A stretch of DNA of 52,264 nucleotides from Octopus sinensis (lineage: Eukaryota): contig NW_021832539.1 of assembly GCF_006345805.1 (NCBI RefSeq), positions 1 to 52,264 of the forward strand, read 5' to 3'. The notes below the pieces were generated by a model. It searched no databases. It was not told where the DNA came from and saw nothing but the letters and a program-made list of their open reading frames with translations. Both the position numbers and the translations under genes were made by a program. Below are positions 23,609-36,372 of the stretch, piece by piece (within the stretch, counting starts at the first letter, position 1; each line of letters starts with the position of its first letter).

Positions 23609-26600
23609 TGTTATGACGTGCATGTACACGTTGGTTGTAAAATAACATTACCCAAATAAATATTTGGAATGTGGTTGTGTAGAATAACCTATCGCAGAAT
23701 TATGTTCACAGGGAATGCGCTCCAAATTACTCGAATGTAGGAACGATACAGTCGACCAACACTGTCAACTGCCTTGACAGTTCTCACAGTTCTTACTCAT
23801 TGAAATCCATTAGTCCACTTTCAGTCACGTGGGAGGGGGTGTTCACGATTCTGCCATATCTTCCTTTTTTAAGAATTAAACTCATGCGGAGTTTAATATC
23901 TTTTACGTTTAGGGTCTAATTACAGTGGTTCGGTTCTTTTCCTTTTTCTGGCACTTGGACATGTGGTTTCAATCTATTTAAGTGTTGGTACCTCAAACAT
24001 ATCATAAAGTACTTCCTTGGGAATTTCATCTCTCGTGGCCGTTTCTTCCGTAAATCGTTTTCTAAGCAGGTTTGTCTTTTATATTCAAAATTTTTACCTT
24101 TTACCAAAGATAACACTTTTCCAATCTCTTTAGTAATCACACTGCCCTGCCACATTTCTTTACCCTTTCTATATATTTTAAAGAAAACTATATCAGCTAT
24201 CTTGAGATATTTTGAATTATATTAATGTTTGCTATGTTACTCGGTAACAACTTGTCAAAGACGAATCTAAACTTTCTAAGGAACATTAATTCTGCAGGTA
24301 ACATTCCAGACGGGGTTTTTGGATTAGGTGTTACTCGGTACATTCATAGAAATTGTTGAAGTGTTAGGTCATCCGTTACTTGATTGTTCGCCTTATTAAA
24401 ACACTCTTAAAAGCATCGATAAAACGATTGTCCATTTGACATTAGTTGATACGTCAGTGTAGTCACAAGTTAGATAACGAACATTTTACAAGATTTTCTG
24501 AACTTGTCTGGAGTAAAATGAGTTCCATTATCAGATACATTTGTATCCAGAATACCATATCCGGTGAATGATTTGTGTAAAAAGTTTACTGTAAGCGGGG
24601 ATGTCGGATTTTTACATTTATGCATTTCAAGCCGCTCAGAAGAACTGTCTACCACAAAAACGTAATATGAACTTATTAAGTGGCCCTGCTTAATCAACAT
24701 GCATTCAAGAGAATGGGTTATCTGTTGCCATTTTGTGGTTGATGATTTTGCTGCTAGGGCACAACCTCTGCATGTTCTCACTAGTTCTTCAATGTCATGG
24801 CCCATCGTTGGCCAATACACATAAGTTCTGATGAATGATTTTATTCTCAAAAATCCCTGGGTGGCCAATGTGAAATTTCTTTAGTATTCCTTTCTGTAAT
24901 GTAGCTGGCGCTACTAATCCTTGTGTGTACATTAACACATTGTCACAAATTGAGAAAAGGTTCGAATTTGTGTTGCGTTCTGCAAGACACATATTTTTAT
25001 TTCATTTTTTCAGCCTTCACAATTCCTTTCATTTTCTAAATAAATTCATTGTTTTCCGATTTTAATTTTGTCTTGTAATGTAACTGATAATTCACATGTG
25101 ACATGACATAGAATATTTTTAAACTTCTTTTCTCGCTCCCAACGCAGCAATCACGGCGTCTTCAAACGGCTCAGTATTTTTTGGTATCAATATTGACAAT
25201 CGGTGTGTCCTAAATATTTAGATTGTATGAACTCCGCCTTAAAAATCACAATTTAGTAATATGATACCCCAGCATGGCAATCTGTTCACAGTATGGGTAG
25301 GTATTCCTTTCTATGACCCATATATAGATAATAACAGACGATGATATGTCTGTAGTCAAAAATTTATAAGGTCTAAAAATCTATGAAATATTTACACTGT
25401 AAACATAATCGCGAGAGCCTCTTTTTCGATTTGGCTGTAATTTATTTCTGCTGTAACAGTGAACGTGAGGCATGAGCCACAGTCTTCATGATGGTAACAT
25501 CTTCATATTTATGTAGTATTACTGCTCCGATACTGTACCCACTGACATCTAAAGGTACTGTAATCTCCACTGCAGGATCGAAATGTGTTAAAGACAAATC
25601 TGATGATAATATCTTTTAATTTCGACGAAAACCTTCTGACAATTTTCAGACCATTTCCACATCTTTTTTAGTAGATTATTTAGTAAAGCTGTTACCTTGT
25701 GCATATTTGGTATATAAATTTCATAATAGATTATCAGGTATATATAATAGGATTGTAAGGTAGACATACTTAATGGAGTGAAGTATATTTTAAATCGCAT
25801 CTGCCTTCGGTGGATCTGGTCAACCACAATTTTTATCAATGTGTTGTCCTAAATATTTAATATTCGCATTTCTCCTCGCTCAGTTTGAAAACATAATCTC
25901 TTACTTTTTCAAAAACACATTTTACATGCGTGACATGCTGATCTTGGGATTCACTTTTAATTAATATATTATCCACATAGGCCATTATGAAGTCACGCTC
26001 TGCTAGCATCACAGCCATCACTCGATGGCTAGAGCAACTTTTATGCCAAACAGAAGCCGAGTAAATTTCTACAGACATTTATGGGTATTAATTGTTAGTA
26101 GCTTAGAACATTCATCTTCCACTTGAATTTGCATCAGAAAGATCTAATTTCGAGAAAAATTTACCACAATTCAGTTTCGAGAAGATTTCCTCTGGGATAG
26201 GTAATGGGCACTAATACTGTCTTAAATATTCTCTTACTCCTGTCGAGAAAATTGCACAAGCACGTATTTTATTGTACTTTTTTCTAACGTATATACTATT
26301 GAACTCGCCCAGCCTGAGTAATCAATCTTTCCAATTACTCTAATTTTTTACAGTCTGTCTAATTCTTTATTTATCTGTTCCATTGTTGCAAATGGTAAAT
26401 TACTTGTGTGTTTGAAAACCAATAATGAATTTTCTTTTACCTAAAAGTTGGCTTTGAATTTATTGCACTGATCTTACTTGTCCAAAAAACCATCAGGGGG
26501 CTACTTTATTCACTTCTTTTCAAAAACTTTCTACCTCTGTATTTGAACTAGCGTATGACTCCATTACATTTTTACAAATCTTGTTTATGTACAAATCCCA

Positions 26601-28089
26601 TAAGTCAAACAGTTCCATCCAGTCAATCCCAGAAAAGTTGCTTGTATTTTTTTATACATAAGATTTCGCCTTTAAAATCTTACTGCTAATTTTGTCTTTA
26701 GAAATTAATTTAATTCCTGAGATACCACGTGCAATCATCGAGGATTTTTGTAGCATAGATTTCCCGATTCTTTTCCATGTGTTTTCAATAATTAAAGTAA
26801 TGTCATTACCTGTATCTAGTTGTTATTTTACATTTCTTATTAATTTTTACATCCATAAATTTCCTTTGCATCCCGTTTGTATTTCATGTCGCCGTAAAAG
26901 TGGTGACATTATTTTTCTATTGAACTCTTTTCTTGTTTATTTTTTGGTGGAGGGGAGTCCAGTGTGATTTTGTATGACCTATCATACCATACTTGAAGCA
27001 TTTTAGATTTTTATATGGATTAGTTTTCTGCTTTTCATTACTGTATATAAGAGCAGTTAATCACTTCAATTTGTTTCCTATCATGTCTTAAGTTTATTAT
27101 TCTCCAGCATTCCCCAGCTATTCCTTGTAGTGTTAGCTTCTGATTCTGCTCAAATTTAGTCAGCATTCAGTTACAAATTTCTGCATTTGCCATTAAACCG
27201 TGCATGAAAATTAAGAATTTTGGTAATTCATTGATTTTAAATCTCTCGCATTCCCTTATAACAATTTCAGCATATGTAATAAAATCATCGTCCTCTTTTT
27301 TGTATTATTTATGCAGTACCAGCGCATATCAAATAAAGAATTTTTCATTGAAAATTTTGGATACAGTATCCACAGTTTCTTCAAAACAAACTTCACCCAG
27401 TCTCTTTGATAATATGTAATAGCAATATTTCTCATCTTGGCTAGCCCTAACTTTCTCAATGAGAGTCGAGATTTTTCATCTTGTCAGTCGAAGCCATCTT
27501 CACTAAGAATTTCTTTATACCTTCAAACGTAAGCAGGAAAGTTACTGCCCTCATTTAGGTCACATGCGAGTTCTCCTATGGAGTTTGCGACCATGTCAGG
27601 AGTGAATGAACTGAATGTATTTTCTATTTTATTCTGTATTAGCTGTACTAAGATTTGCTATTGCTTCTGAAACCCCAACAACCGTTGATGCTGCTGCTGC
27701 TGCTTCTACAATTGCTAGTTTTGTTGCTGTTTTTGTATCAACAACAACTGTCATTGTTCATGTTGCTCTGTTTGAATTAGAGCAGCTGGTGAACTTCCCG
27801 CGTTCTAGCAACAATCTGCCCAGCATGAGCTTCGAAATAATCTCGTCGCCAAAAATGTTATGACATGCGTTTACACGTCGGGGTGTAAAAAAGTATTACC
27901 CAAATAAATATCTAACATGTGGTTATCTAAAATAACCTATTGCAGGATTATTATGTTTACAGGGAACCCGTGCCACTTGAACGTGGGTACGATATTAATC
28001 CTTGACACATCGCCCTAACATAGTAATCAATACGGTCAACCAACACTGTCAACTTTCAGTCAAGTGGGAGTGTTCAGGATTCTTCCACA
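23609..28089 (-). mobile_element. Degraded Ty3/Gypsy LTR retrotransposon (Mag-like)
   Basis: LTRs 23609-23858 and 27856-28089; PBS TGGCGACGAG at 27842-27851; PPT at 23859-23870; RT (AYVDNIL), RNase H and integrase (HIGHPG..YVYWP..CRGC) relics. Confidence 0.9.
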
Positions 28090-29318
28090 ACAATCTTCTA
28101 CAAGTTCCTTCTTTATGCAATTGTCCTCACCAATATGCATCACATGACTGAACCACGACAGTCTTCTATTTTGCACACAACATTTGATTAGTAACAGGTA
28201 AAACCTCTGAAATTTTTCCCACAATTTAATTTCGAGAAGATTTCCTCTGAGCTAACTAGGTCACCTGCTAATTAGGTCACCTAAGTGAAAAAAAAAATTT
28301 ACTCTTACTTCAGCACAATGACAAAATTATTATTCGATCAAAATAAAGAACAAACCGAATAGATAAGTCTGTATGCTCTTCCTTTACAAATCCAAATAAT
28401 TTTCGGTAAACACTTGCCATAACGTCTGCTGCTCCACCAGATCCCTGATAATAAAAGAAGAAATTTAAAGAATTCATTAAAATTAGATCTTCAAATAAGA
28501 AGTTATCTAAGAATGAACAAATATTTTGAAAATTCCTTTAAAACACACACATACTATCCAATAACGTTGTCTCTCTGTAAATAAAGGCATTATATAAAAC
28601 GAATTTAATGTGAGCTTAGCTGTAACACATTTCAGGGATGATTTATAGTGACATTATCAGAACCAAATTTCAATGACAATAGTAAAATAGATAGAGTCAA
28701 CTGTTTTTTCTGGTCTGAGACTGAACTAAATTGTTCTGGTACTAATTCCTTAGAGCCGAGTTGTGACAATATAAAATAAAGTTATGTACATAGAAACACA
28801 TGTCTCAACAGTGGATTTGAACTCAACACATGAATGTTAACCACTTTACCATCTCCTCCTTCTCTCTCTCACTCTTTCTTTCTTTCTTTCTCTTTCTCTC
28901 TCTCTCCATTCATTCATTTCAATGAAAGAGAAAATAATTCTCAAGTTAACATCAAACATCAATCCAAAGAAGCTGTTGTTAACTCCTCCTGCGTTGCTCT
29001 TACTTCCATTGCAATCTATAAAGTATCATGAATCTGTGGTTTGTGGTTTACTTGTTCTTAATTTTGTTGTGTATAAGAGACTGGGAACAGGAGGTGCACA
29101 GGGTGCAAGTGCACCTACTAACAATTTTGGTGTGTGCAAAATAAAAATTTGAGCCCTGTATATATGTTTCCGAGGATGAGGGAGCAGTGTTTAAAAATTG
29201 ATCTGTAAAAATTTGTTTTCAAAGCAAGAACCATGAACTAAAATGAAAATAAAACCAACAACATTCCTAGAAACACATATTACTGAACTAAACCATTTTT
29301 AACATCATTATTAGTAGA

Positions 29319-29367
<49 letters not shown>

Positions 29368-29446
29368 AGCGCGCGTGTGTGTATGTGCATAAAAGCGTTG
29401 TAGTTCGCTCGAAACATTGTAATATCAAAGAATGTAAAAAGAGAGA

Positions 29447-29625
29447 AAAAGAGAGTTCTGGCAATACAGAAGGTTTAATAAAATCTTTATATTTCAGGTG
29501 CCAAAGCCATCTTCAGAAGAAAAGAATTGTTTAAGAAAAATTCAGATTGTTCTTTTATTCTGAAGATGGGCCTTTGTGCCTGAAATGTAAAGGTTTTACT
29601 AAACTTTCTGCATTGTCTGAAGCTG
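29447..29625. repeat. Imperfect inverted repeat whose arms carry hammerhead-like CTGAAGA...GAAA motifs
   Basis: About 80-bp arms, 29447-29530 versus 29548-29625. Confidence 0.6.
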
Positions 29626-29636
29626 TTTATTTTTTC

Positions 29637-30042
<406 letters not shown>

Positions 30043-30189
30043 GGTTAAGTAATTGAGATTCTAGTGAATTCTAAAGAATTCACATGAATATGGTCCTTAA
30101 CTAGGATGCACCGGATATCTATATGGTGTTAACCATACGACAAATGGGGTGATTATAAATAGGAAAAAAGCTACAAGAATGGATTAAAA

Positions 30190-30276
30190 TCTCGGTACGA
30201 TCGTTTCGTACGAGGACATCTTTAATAAGCTACAAAAATGCAGTGAATACAGATGGCTCGTACTCGTCAGCCGAAA
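30190..30276 (-). ncRNA. Type-I hammerhead ribozyme (inverted copy, PLE1)
   Basis: Reverse complement of 34085-34172 with intact core. Confidence 0.85.
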
Positions 30277-30632
30277 AAATATCGGAGAATTCCCAAACAT
30301 CAAAAGGGGTAGATACAAAAGAGGTTGTAAGATTAGCTGCATTGAAGAAAGTTCGATTCATGGAGATCCGATGAAAGGTTTTAAACCTATAGAATTCATG
30401 CATGTCTACATATAGCTCATATTGAATATTTGATCAAGTTGTATGAAGAAATTTTCGGATACAGTCATGCAAAATTTCTGAAAATCCGAGTAAGAGGCAA
30501 AGTGACTGCCACATCATGTATAGGAAAGTCTGAGTAAAAACATAGTGACTGTCATATCGTGTAGAGGAACAGATTGTTATTGAAATTTACAAGAATCGCA
30601 GATAAGTTCGATTTTTTTGGAGATCCGATGCT

Positions 30633-32801
30633 TTGTTTGCTTTGTTTGTTGTAAATACCAATAATAAATCACACATAGAAAGAATTAAAAAGAAGATTAA
30701 TAGGTTCTTTAAAGATTTCAACCTTAGCATAACCTATGAACCAAACATTAAAATAGCTAATTTTCTAGATATTACTTTAGACCTTAACTCCAAACTACAT
30801 TATCCATTTAGAAAGGAAGGGGAAATCACTAGTTACGTAAATAAATTATCTAATCATCCCCCAAATATAATAAATTCCTTAGTTAGAAATATTTCCATAA
30901 GAATATCCAAATTATCATCTAATTGTAATATATTTAACTCACACTCAGGACATTACAATGAGGCGTTATCTAGAGCAGGATATAACCAGAAAATTACTTT
31001 TGAAGATACGGAAAAACTAGGAACTCATCATAATAATTTAAGTAAATTAAACAGCAATAACCACATAAATAACAAAAATGATCAAGTCGAAAAGATACAT
31101 AGATGTGGATCTAATACAACTTATAATCGTAATGATAAGTATAAGGATAAATACATAGACCATAACACAGATAGCCCTGATAAGGCAACCTTAAATAAAA
31201 TTAAAATAAATAAAATTAAAATTAAGAAACACACTATTAGTAACATAGACAACAACAATGACCATACCAGAAAGGATAGTAGAAATAGATTTACAACGGC
31301 AAAGTACCCTAATGATATTAAGAATATTAATAAAAACATAACAGAGAATACTTATAATAAGGGTAAAATAAACTGGGATAAAACTAGCAAACATGCTAAC
31401 ATGAACATTAATAAATACAAAGAATCTGATGATGGGACGATTAATTCTAATAACCCTAACTCTAGTGGGAAAAATTCTAGCAGCCCTAACTTTAATTCTA
31501 AGAAATTTAATAAGAAAGACATAATATGGCTAAACATCCCTTTTAACTGTGCGGTTTCATCAGATATTCAGGGTAGATTCAAAACAATTCTAGAAAATAA
31601 TTTCCCATCCTCTCATAGATATCATAAAATTATTTCTAAAAAAACAGTCAGAATTTCTTATTCAACTCTCCCAAATATGTCCACTTTAATAGCTAAGATC
31701 AATAATAATAACATAAAACTAACCAGAAATAATTTAATAAATAAAAATAAAAATACAACGGAAAATTGTAATAACAGTACGAAAAATAATAATTGCAACA
31801 ATAATAATAATAATAACAATAATGAATGTCATAAAATAAATATAACCAAAAGCCATGGATTTGTTAATAACAATAATAACATAAATAGGAATGATTATGT
31901 TAGTAATAGGAATAATACCATGAATGTAAGTACAGCGAATGAGAGTAACAACATTATCGGCAACAACACTACGCATCTGCATAACAATATCGACAACAAT
32001 ACTAATAGCATCAACAATATCAGCAATGATAGTAGGGTTATAGAACCAAACGATAGTGTAGGAATACCGACAAATGATAATACTACTTTAGAAGATAACA
32101 TCAACTGCAATAATGATAACATTATTTTAGATAGCAGCACCAATAATAATAATAATAATAATGAAAGTAGGGCTTTAGAACCAAATGAAAATGTAGGAAT
32201 ACCTATAAATGATAATACTGTTTTAGATAATAATATTAACTACAATAATGATAGAGTTTTTTTAGATAATAACAATAATCAAAATCATGATAAATTTACC
32301 CGCTCTGCTTCGAGCAACAGTAATATAAGACTTCTATCCTCAAGGTATTCCACCTCTAATTATAATGCCCCTAGATGTAACTGCAGAATTAAATCAAAAT
32401 GCCCGGCCCCTGATTTATGCGGGTTAATTAACATAATCTATAAGTGCTCCGTAACCACAGATAATAATAAGTTCTCTTATGTTGGATGCACTGTAAATTT
32501 TAAACAGAGATTGAATAACCATCTCTCATCTTTTAAATTACGTCATAAGGCTGATAGCACTACTCTTTCTAGTAAAATTTGGGAACTAAAAAACAATAAT
32601 ATCAAATATAACCTTAATTGGGAATTAGTCAGAAGAGCAAAACCCTATAAAAATAGCAGAGTAGGCTGCCAACTTTGCTCCATGGAAGCATTTGAAATAC
32701 TAATGTATAAAAATAATGGAGATATTCAATTAAACAGCAGAATTGAACTTGGAAATTCTTGTATACATGCTCGGTTTAAGACTCTTAAATATTTTAAATG
32801 A
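30633..32801 (+). CDS. PLE1 ORF, 5'-truncated: late RT, thumb, Asn-rich inserts, Cys motif and GIY-YIG endonuclease
   Basis: NFLDITLDL, SNHPP, IIWLNIPF, CNCR..CP..C, IY..YVG..R..H, CQLC..E..N; 722 open codons; no genuine start codon. Confidence 0.92.
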   Translation: MFALFVVNTNNKSHIERIKKKINRFFKDFNLSITYEPNIKIANFLDITLDLNSKLHYPFRKEGEITSYVNKLSNHPPNIINSLVRNISIRISKLSSNCNIFNSHSGHYNEALSRAGYNQKITFEDTEKLGTHHNNLSKLNSNNHINNKNDQVEKIHRCGSNTTYNRNDKYKDKYIDHNTDSPDKATLNKIKINKIKIKKHTISNIDNNNDHTRKDSRNRFTTAKYPNDIKNINKNITENTYNKGKINWDKTSKHANMNINKYKESDDGTINSNNPNSSGKNSSSPNFNSKKFNKKDIIWLNIPFNCAVSSDIQGRFKTILENNFPSSHRYHKIISKKTVRISYSTLPNMSTLIAKINNNNIKLTRNNLINKNKNTTENCNNSTKNNNCNNNNNNNNNECHKINITKSHGFVNNNNNINRNDYVSNRNNTMNVSTANESNNIIGNNTTHLHNNIDNNTNSINNISNDSRVIEPNDSVGIPTNDNTTLEDNINCNNDNIILDSSTNNNNNNNESRALEPNENVGIPINDNTVLDNNINYNNDRVFLDNNNNQNHDKFTRSASSNSNIRLLSSRYSTSNYNAPRCNCRIKSKCPAPDLCGLINIIYKCSVTTDNNKFSYVGCTVNFKQRLNNHLSSFKLRHKADSTTLSSKIWELKNNNIKYNLNWELVRRAKPYKNSRVGCQLCSMEAFEILMYKNNGDIQLNSRIELGNSCIHARFKTLKYFK

Positions 32802-34084
32802 TATTTTAAATCATATCTCAATTGATAACTGTATACTGAAATCATTTTACATAAAATTCATTTTGACTTACATATCACTCCTACATAGTATATTATATAT
32901 TTAACTGGAAAGATAAGTTCTAACTAGCTATGATTATAATTTTTTCTCTCTCTGATGGTACTATTAAATACTTATTGACTTAAATTATTTGATTTATTTC
33001 TATTGGACCATATTATTAATAAATTAAATCTTGCTCTATTTTTATCTCCATTTCTTAGTCTATTTTTTATCCCTTTACAAATATTAGTTAGTTAATTCTC
33101 TTAATTTCTTTTAAATTTTTAAAAATTAATTCTGCTAATACCAGACCTATCGTAGTGTATTGTGATGTGATATAATATATCAAAATAATATAATATAATA
33201 TAGTGTAGTATATTATAGTTTAGTATAATAATAATATAATTGTTTAATTTCATTTAAAAACATTATGTATGTATTATAGTTTAGTATAATAATAATATAA
33301 TAGTTTAATTTCATTTAAAAACAACCCCATTTTTCTTTCCTTTCTAATGACCTCTTTGTAACGTGACAATCTATTAATAGTAACATTTATAAATAAAGAA
33401 ATAAATTGTTGACCTCAGTTCGAATTTGTTCCAAACAAACTTAGACTTTTTTGTTAGTATCAAATTGTGCCCATCCCCTTAGCTTCCCCTTTCCTTTCTC
33501 TTTGACAGCTTAAATAGCAGTAACTGATTAAATTCCTACCCCCTTCCTCCTCTTTCTGTGATTCTTTGAAAATTTCATTAACAACCTGAACCACTACAAT
33601 ATAAGACTGTCATTTGTGCTTCTCATTCGGACTCCCTGATATTTTCGCATGATTGTACCCTAAATCTCTCCACAAAACTGGATTACGAACTATAAGGACA
33701 TACACAAATTTTGTAAGTTCAAGACTTTTTCATCGGATCTCCAAAAAAATCGAACTTATCTGCGATTCTTGTAAATTTCAATAACAATCTGTTCCTCTAC
33801 ACGATATGACAGTCACTATGTTTTTACTCAGACTTTCCTATACATGATGTGGCAGTCACTTTGCCTCTTACTCGGATTTTCAGAAATTTTGCATGACTGT
33901 ATCCGAAAATTTCTTCATACAACTTGATCAAATATTCAATATGAGCTATATGTAGACATGCATGAATTCTATAGGTTTAAAACCTTTCATCGGATCTCCA
34001 TGAATCGAACTTTCTTCAATGCAGCTAATCTTACAACCTCTTTTGTATCTACCCCTTTTGATGTTTGGGAATTCTCCGATATTT

Positions 34085-34172
34085 TTTCGGCTGACGAGTA
34101 CGAGCCATCTGTATTCACTGCATTTTTTGTAGCTTATTAAAGATGTCCTCGTACGAAACGATCGTACCGAGA
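34085..34172 (+). ncRNA. Type-I hammerhead ribozyme (PLE1 3' end)
   Basis: UUUCGG-CUGACGA-GUACGAG..43 nt..CUCGUAC-GAAA-C GAUC G-UA|CCGAGA; predicted cut after 34166. Confidence 0.88.
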
Positions 34173-34198
34173 TTTTAATCCATTCTTGTTGCTTTTTT

Positions 34199-34232
<34 letters not shown>

Positions 34233-34237
<5 letters not shown>

Positions 34238-34702
34238 CACATAAATGCCTCACACTAAGAGGGACAAAGTCATTACTACCAAAATTACACTAATCATACT
34301 TAATGCAGTTCTTCAAAGCAAGACATTTAAAAAATGAATTTAGTTCTGTATCACCGTGATTTCACATTTAACTTACGTCTTATGATCCTCAGCAGAACTG
34401 ATTCTGAACACATCATAAATAAACCACCAACCTTACCTAGCGAAGACGAACAGACATCTACAGACGAATAGATGTCTGTTCGTCTTCGCTAGGTAAGGTT
34501 GGTGGTTTATTTTATTTATGATGTGTTCAGAATCAGTTCTGCTGAGGATCATAAGACGTAAGTTAAATGTGAAATCACGGTGATACAGAACTAAATTCAT
34601 TTTTTAAATGTCTTGCTTTGAAGAACTGCATTTAGGTATGATTAGTGTAATTTTGGTAGTAATGACTTTGTCCCTCTTAGTGTGAGGCTTTTATGTGTAA
34701 TA
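34233..34702. repeat. 470-bp near-perfect palindrome (~230-bp arms, 8-nt spacer)
   Basis: 34233-34460 versus 34469-34702; about four small differences. Confidence 0.95.
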
Positions 34703-34876
34703 ATGCCCTCTATACAATATAGATATAATTAATTTGTTCAAAAGAAAAAAAAATTATTTTCGAATTCTTTTCTCTTATGAGGTTTTTCACGCTAACTACC
34801 TGATAATTTCTTGTTAAGATTCCTTATTAAGAAGTTATCCTTAATTGTTAAATTATATATATATATATATATATAT

Positions 34877-35300
34877 GTAGGTCCCGGGTTGAGTCGGGGT
34901 TAACCACAGTAAATAAGGTACTCAATACATAGCAGAGTAAAGTAATTTATTTTATAGAAGGAGCTTCTACAGGACTAGAACTGTTTCATTCAGATGAAAT
35001 CTTCAGGAAGCTGGCTGTCAAAATAAGTTCTGGTATTTATGCATTTAGGCAGATTTAATGGAGTGGTGGTGGGGGACGTTTTTTGGGTAGGTTGGTATTT
35101 AGGAGATAAACAGGGCACAAGCTATTGTTCTTAGGGGAGTGGTCAAAAGGCCAGAGTGTTATTTGAAATGAGAAGAATCAGTGAGAAAATAAATAAATAA
35201 ATAAATAAATAGAATAAATGAATAGAAACAGATATATGGGATGGGATTTTAGGTAAATTAGAAGACAATTGCTTTTTGGTGGTCAAGAAGAGGTAGGCAG
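34877..35300 (-). mobile_element. Solo PLE 3' end (element 3)
   Basis: Carries a hammerhead fold and tail, and abuts (TA)n at about 34876. Confidence 0.6.
34962..35012 (-). ncRNA. Type-I hammerhead ribozyme variant
   Basis: AGCUUC-CUGAAGA-U UUCA uc UGAA U-GAAA-CAG uucuaguc CUG-UA|GAAGCU. Confidence 0.7.
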
Positions 35301-35541
35301 TTTGTTATTGTTAGGTGGAGGGAATAAATAGATAAATATACATGAAAAAACATAAAATAAATATACATACAAACACACATACATACACATGCGAATATAC
35401 ATACAAACACACATACATACGCACATATATATACACACATACATACAGATATATATATATACATACACACATACACACATATATATATATATACATATAC
35501 ATATACATACATACACCTACATATACATATACATACATAGA

Positions 35542-35623
<82 letters not shown>

Positions 35624-35661
35624 GAATGGAGTCGAACGACGATTTTAACAAAATTCCTTTA

Positions 35662-35744
35662 CTCTCGACACATGTTTCGAAGGCTGCATATTCCTAATTC
35701 CGAAGGAATAAAGGGTGCATTATGCCGCCATCTCACCAGGAAAG
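35662..35744 (-). ncRNA. Hammerhead ribozyme with core mutation (CUGGUGA)
   Basis: Identical to 37881-37963 except at position 35736. Confidence 0.8.
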
Positions 35745-36142
35745 ACAAGGAACTTATGTCAGCACCATGAAGAGCAAGCACTTTTAGATGACTGCCCACA
35801 TGATGTCCACAGTAATAATGAGTGTTTCTTTAAAATATCCCGTTATAAGCAATGACGTCAAAGTTGGTTGGATGGAGAATGTTCTAAAGAGTTCAAGAGT
35901 TCAAATTTTGTTGGGAGGAGAAAGCTCTAGGAAGGGGATAGAGTGCAAGCTGTATTGTATAGGGATGCGTGGGTGTATTCTATTGTTAATGAGTTTCAGT
36001 GCTTGTGTGTGTGTATGTATATAATTGGATTCGTGCCTCTGTGTGTGTGTGTGCGTGACTGTGTGTGTAGGGTGACAAATGTCAGAAACATTTAGTAGTG
36101 AGGTGACAGATTTGTGTCTGTGCGTTCGATTGTGGGTATGAT

Positions 36143-36175
<33 letters not shown>

Positions 36176-36372
36176 AAGAGAGAGAGGTGGGGAGATGCAG
36201 AGAAAAAGAGGAAAATATATCTCAACAAATTTTGTAGTAATTGTTCATGTAACGTAGTAGAAAAAAAGAAATTGTCTATGGTGGTGTTGTATAAGTGAAA
36301 CTAAATTATTAAAATCAAAGACGTTATCTATACTAAACATCATTCATATGAGAGGAAAGTATGTCTCTGCCA

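Larger units (their letters stand above)
30043..34203 (+). mobile_element. Penelope-like element 1 (Neptune-type), 5'-truncated, with inverted pseudo-LTR
   Basis: 30159-30630 is the reverse complement of 33731-34203 (one substitution and one 1-nt indel seen); (TA)n on both sides. Confidence 0.93.

Noticed and set aside
31121-32143. Hydrophobic minus-strand ORFs (also + strand 36816 and 37277)
   Set aside because: Antisense shadows of the Asn-rich PLE linkers.
35839-36089. Possible spliced intron in the PLE2 inverted copy
   Set aside because: No 3' AG; junction microhomology favours a template jump.
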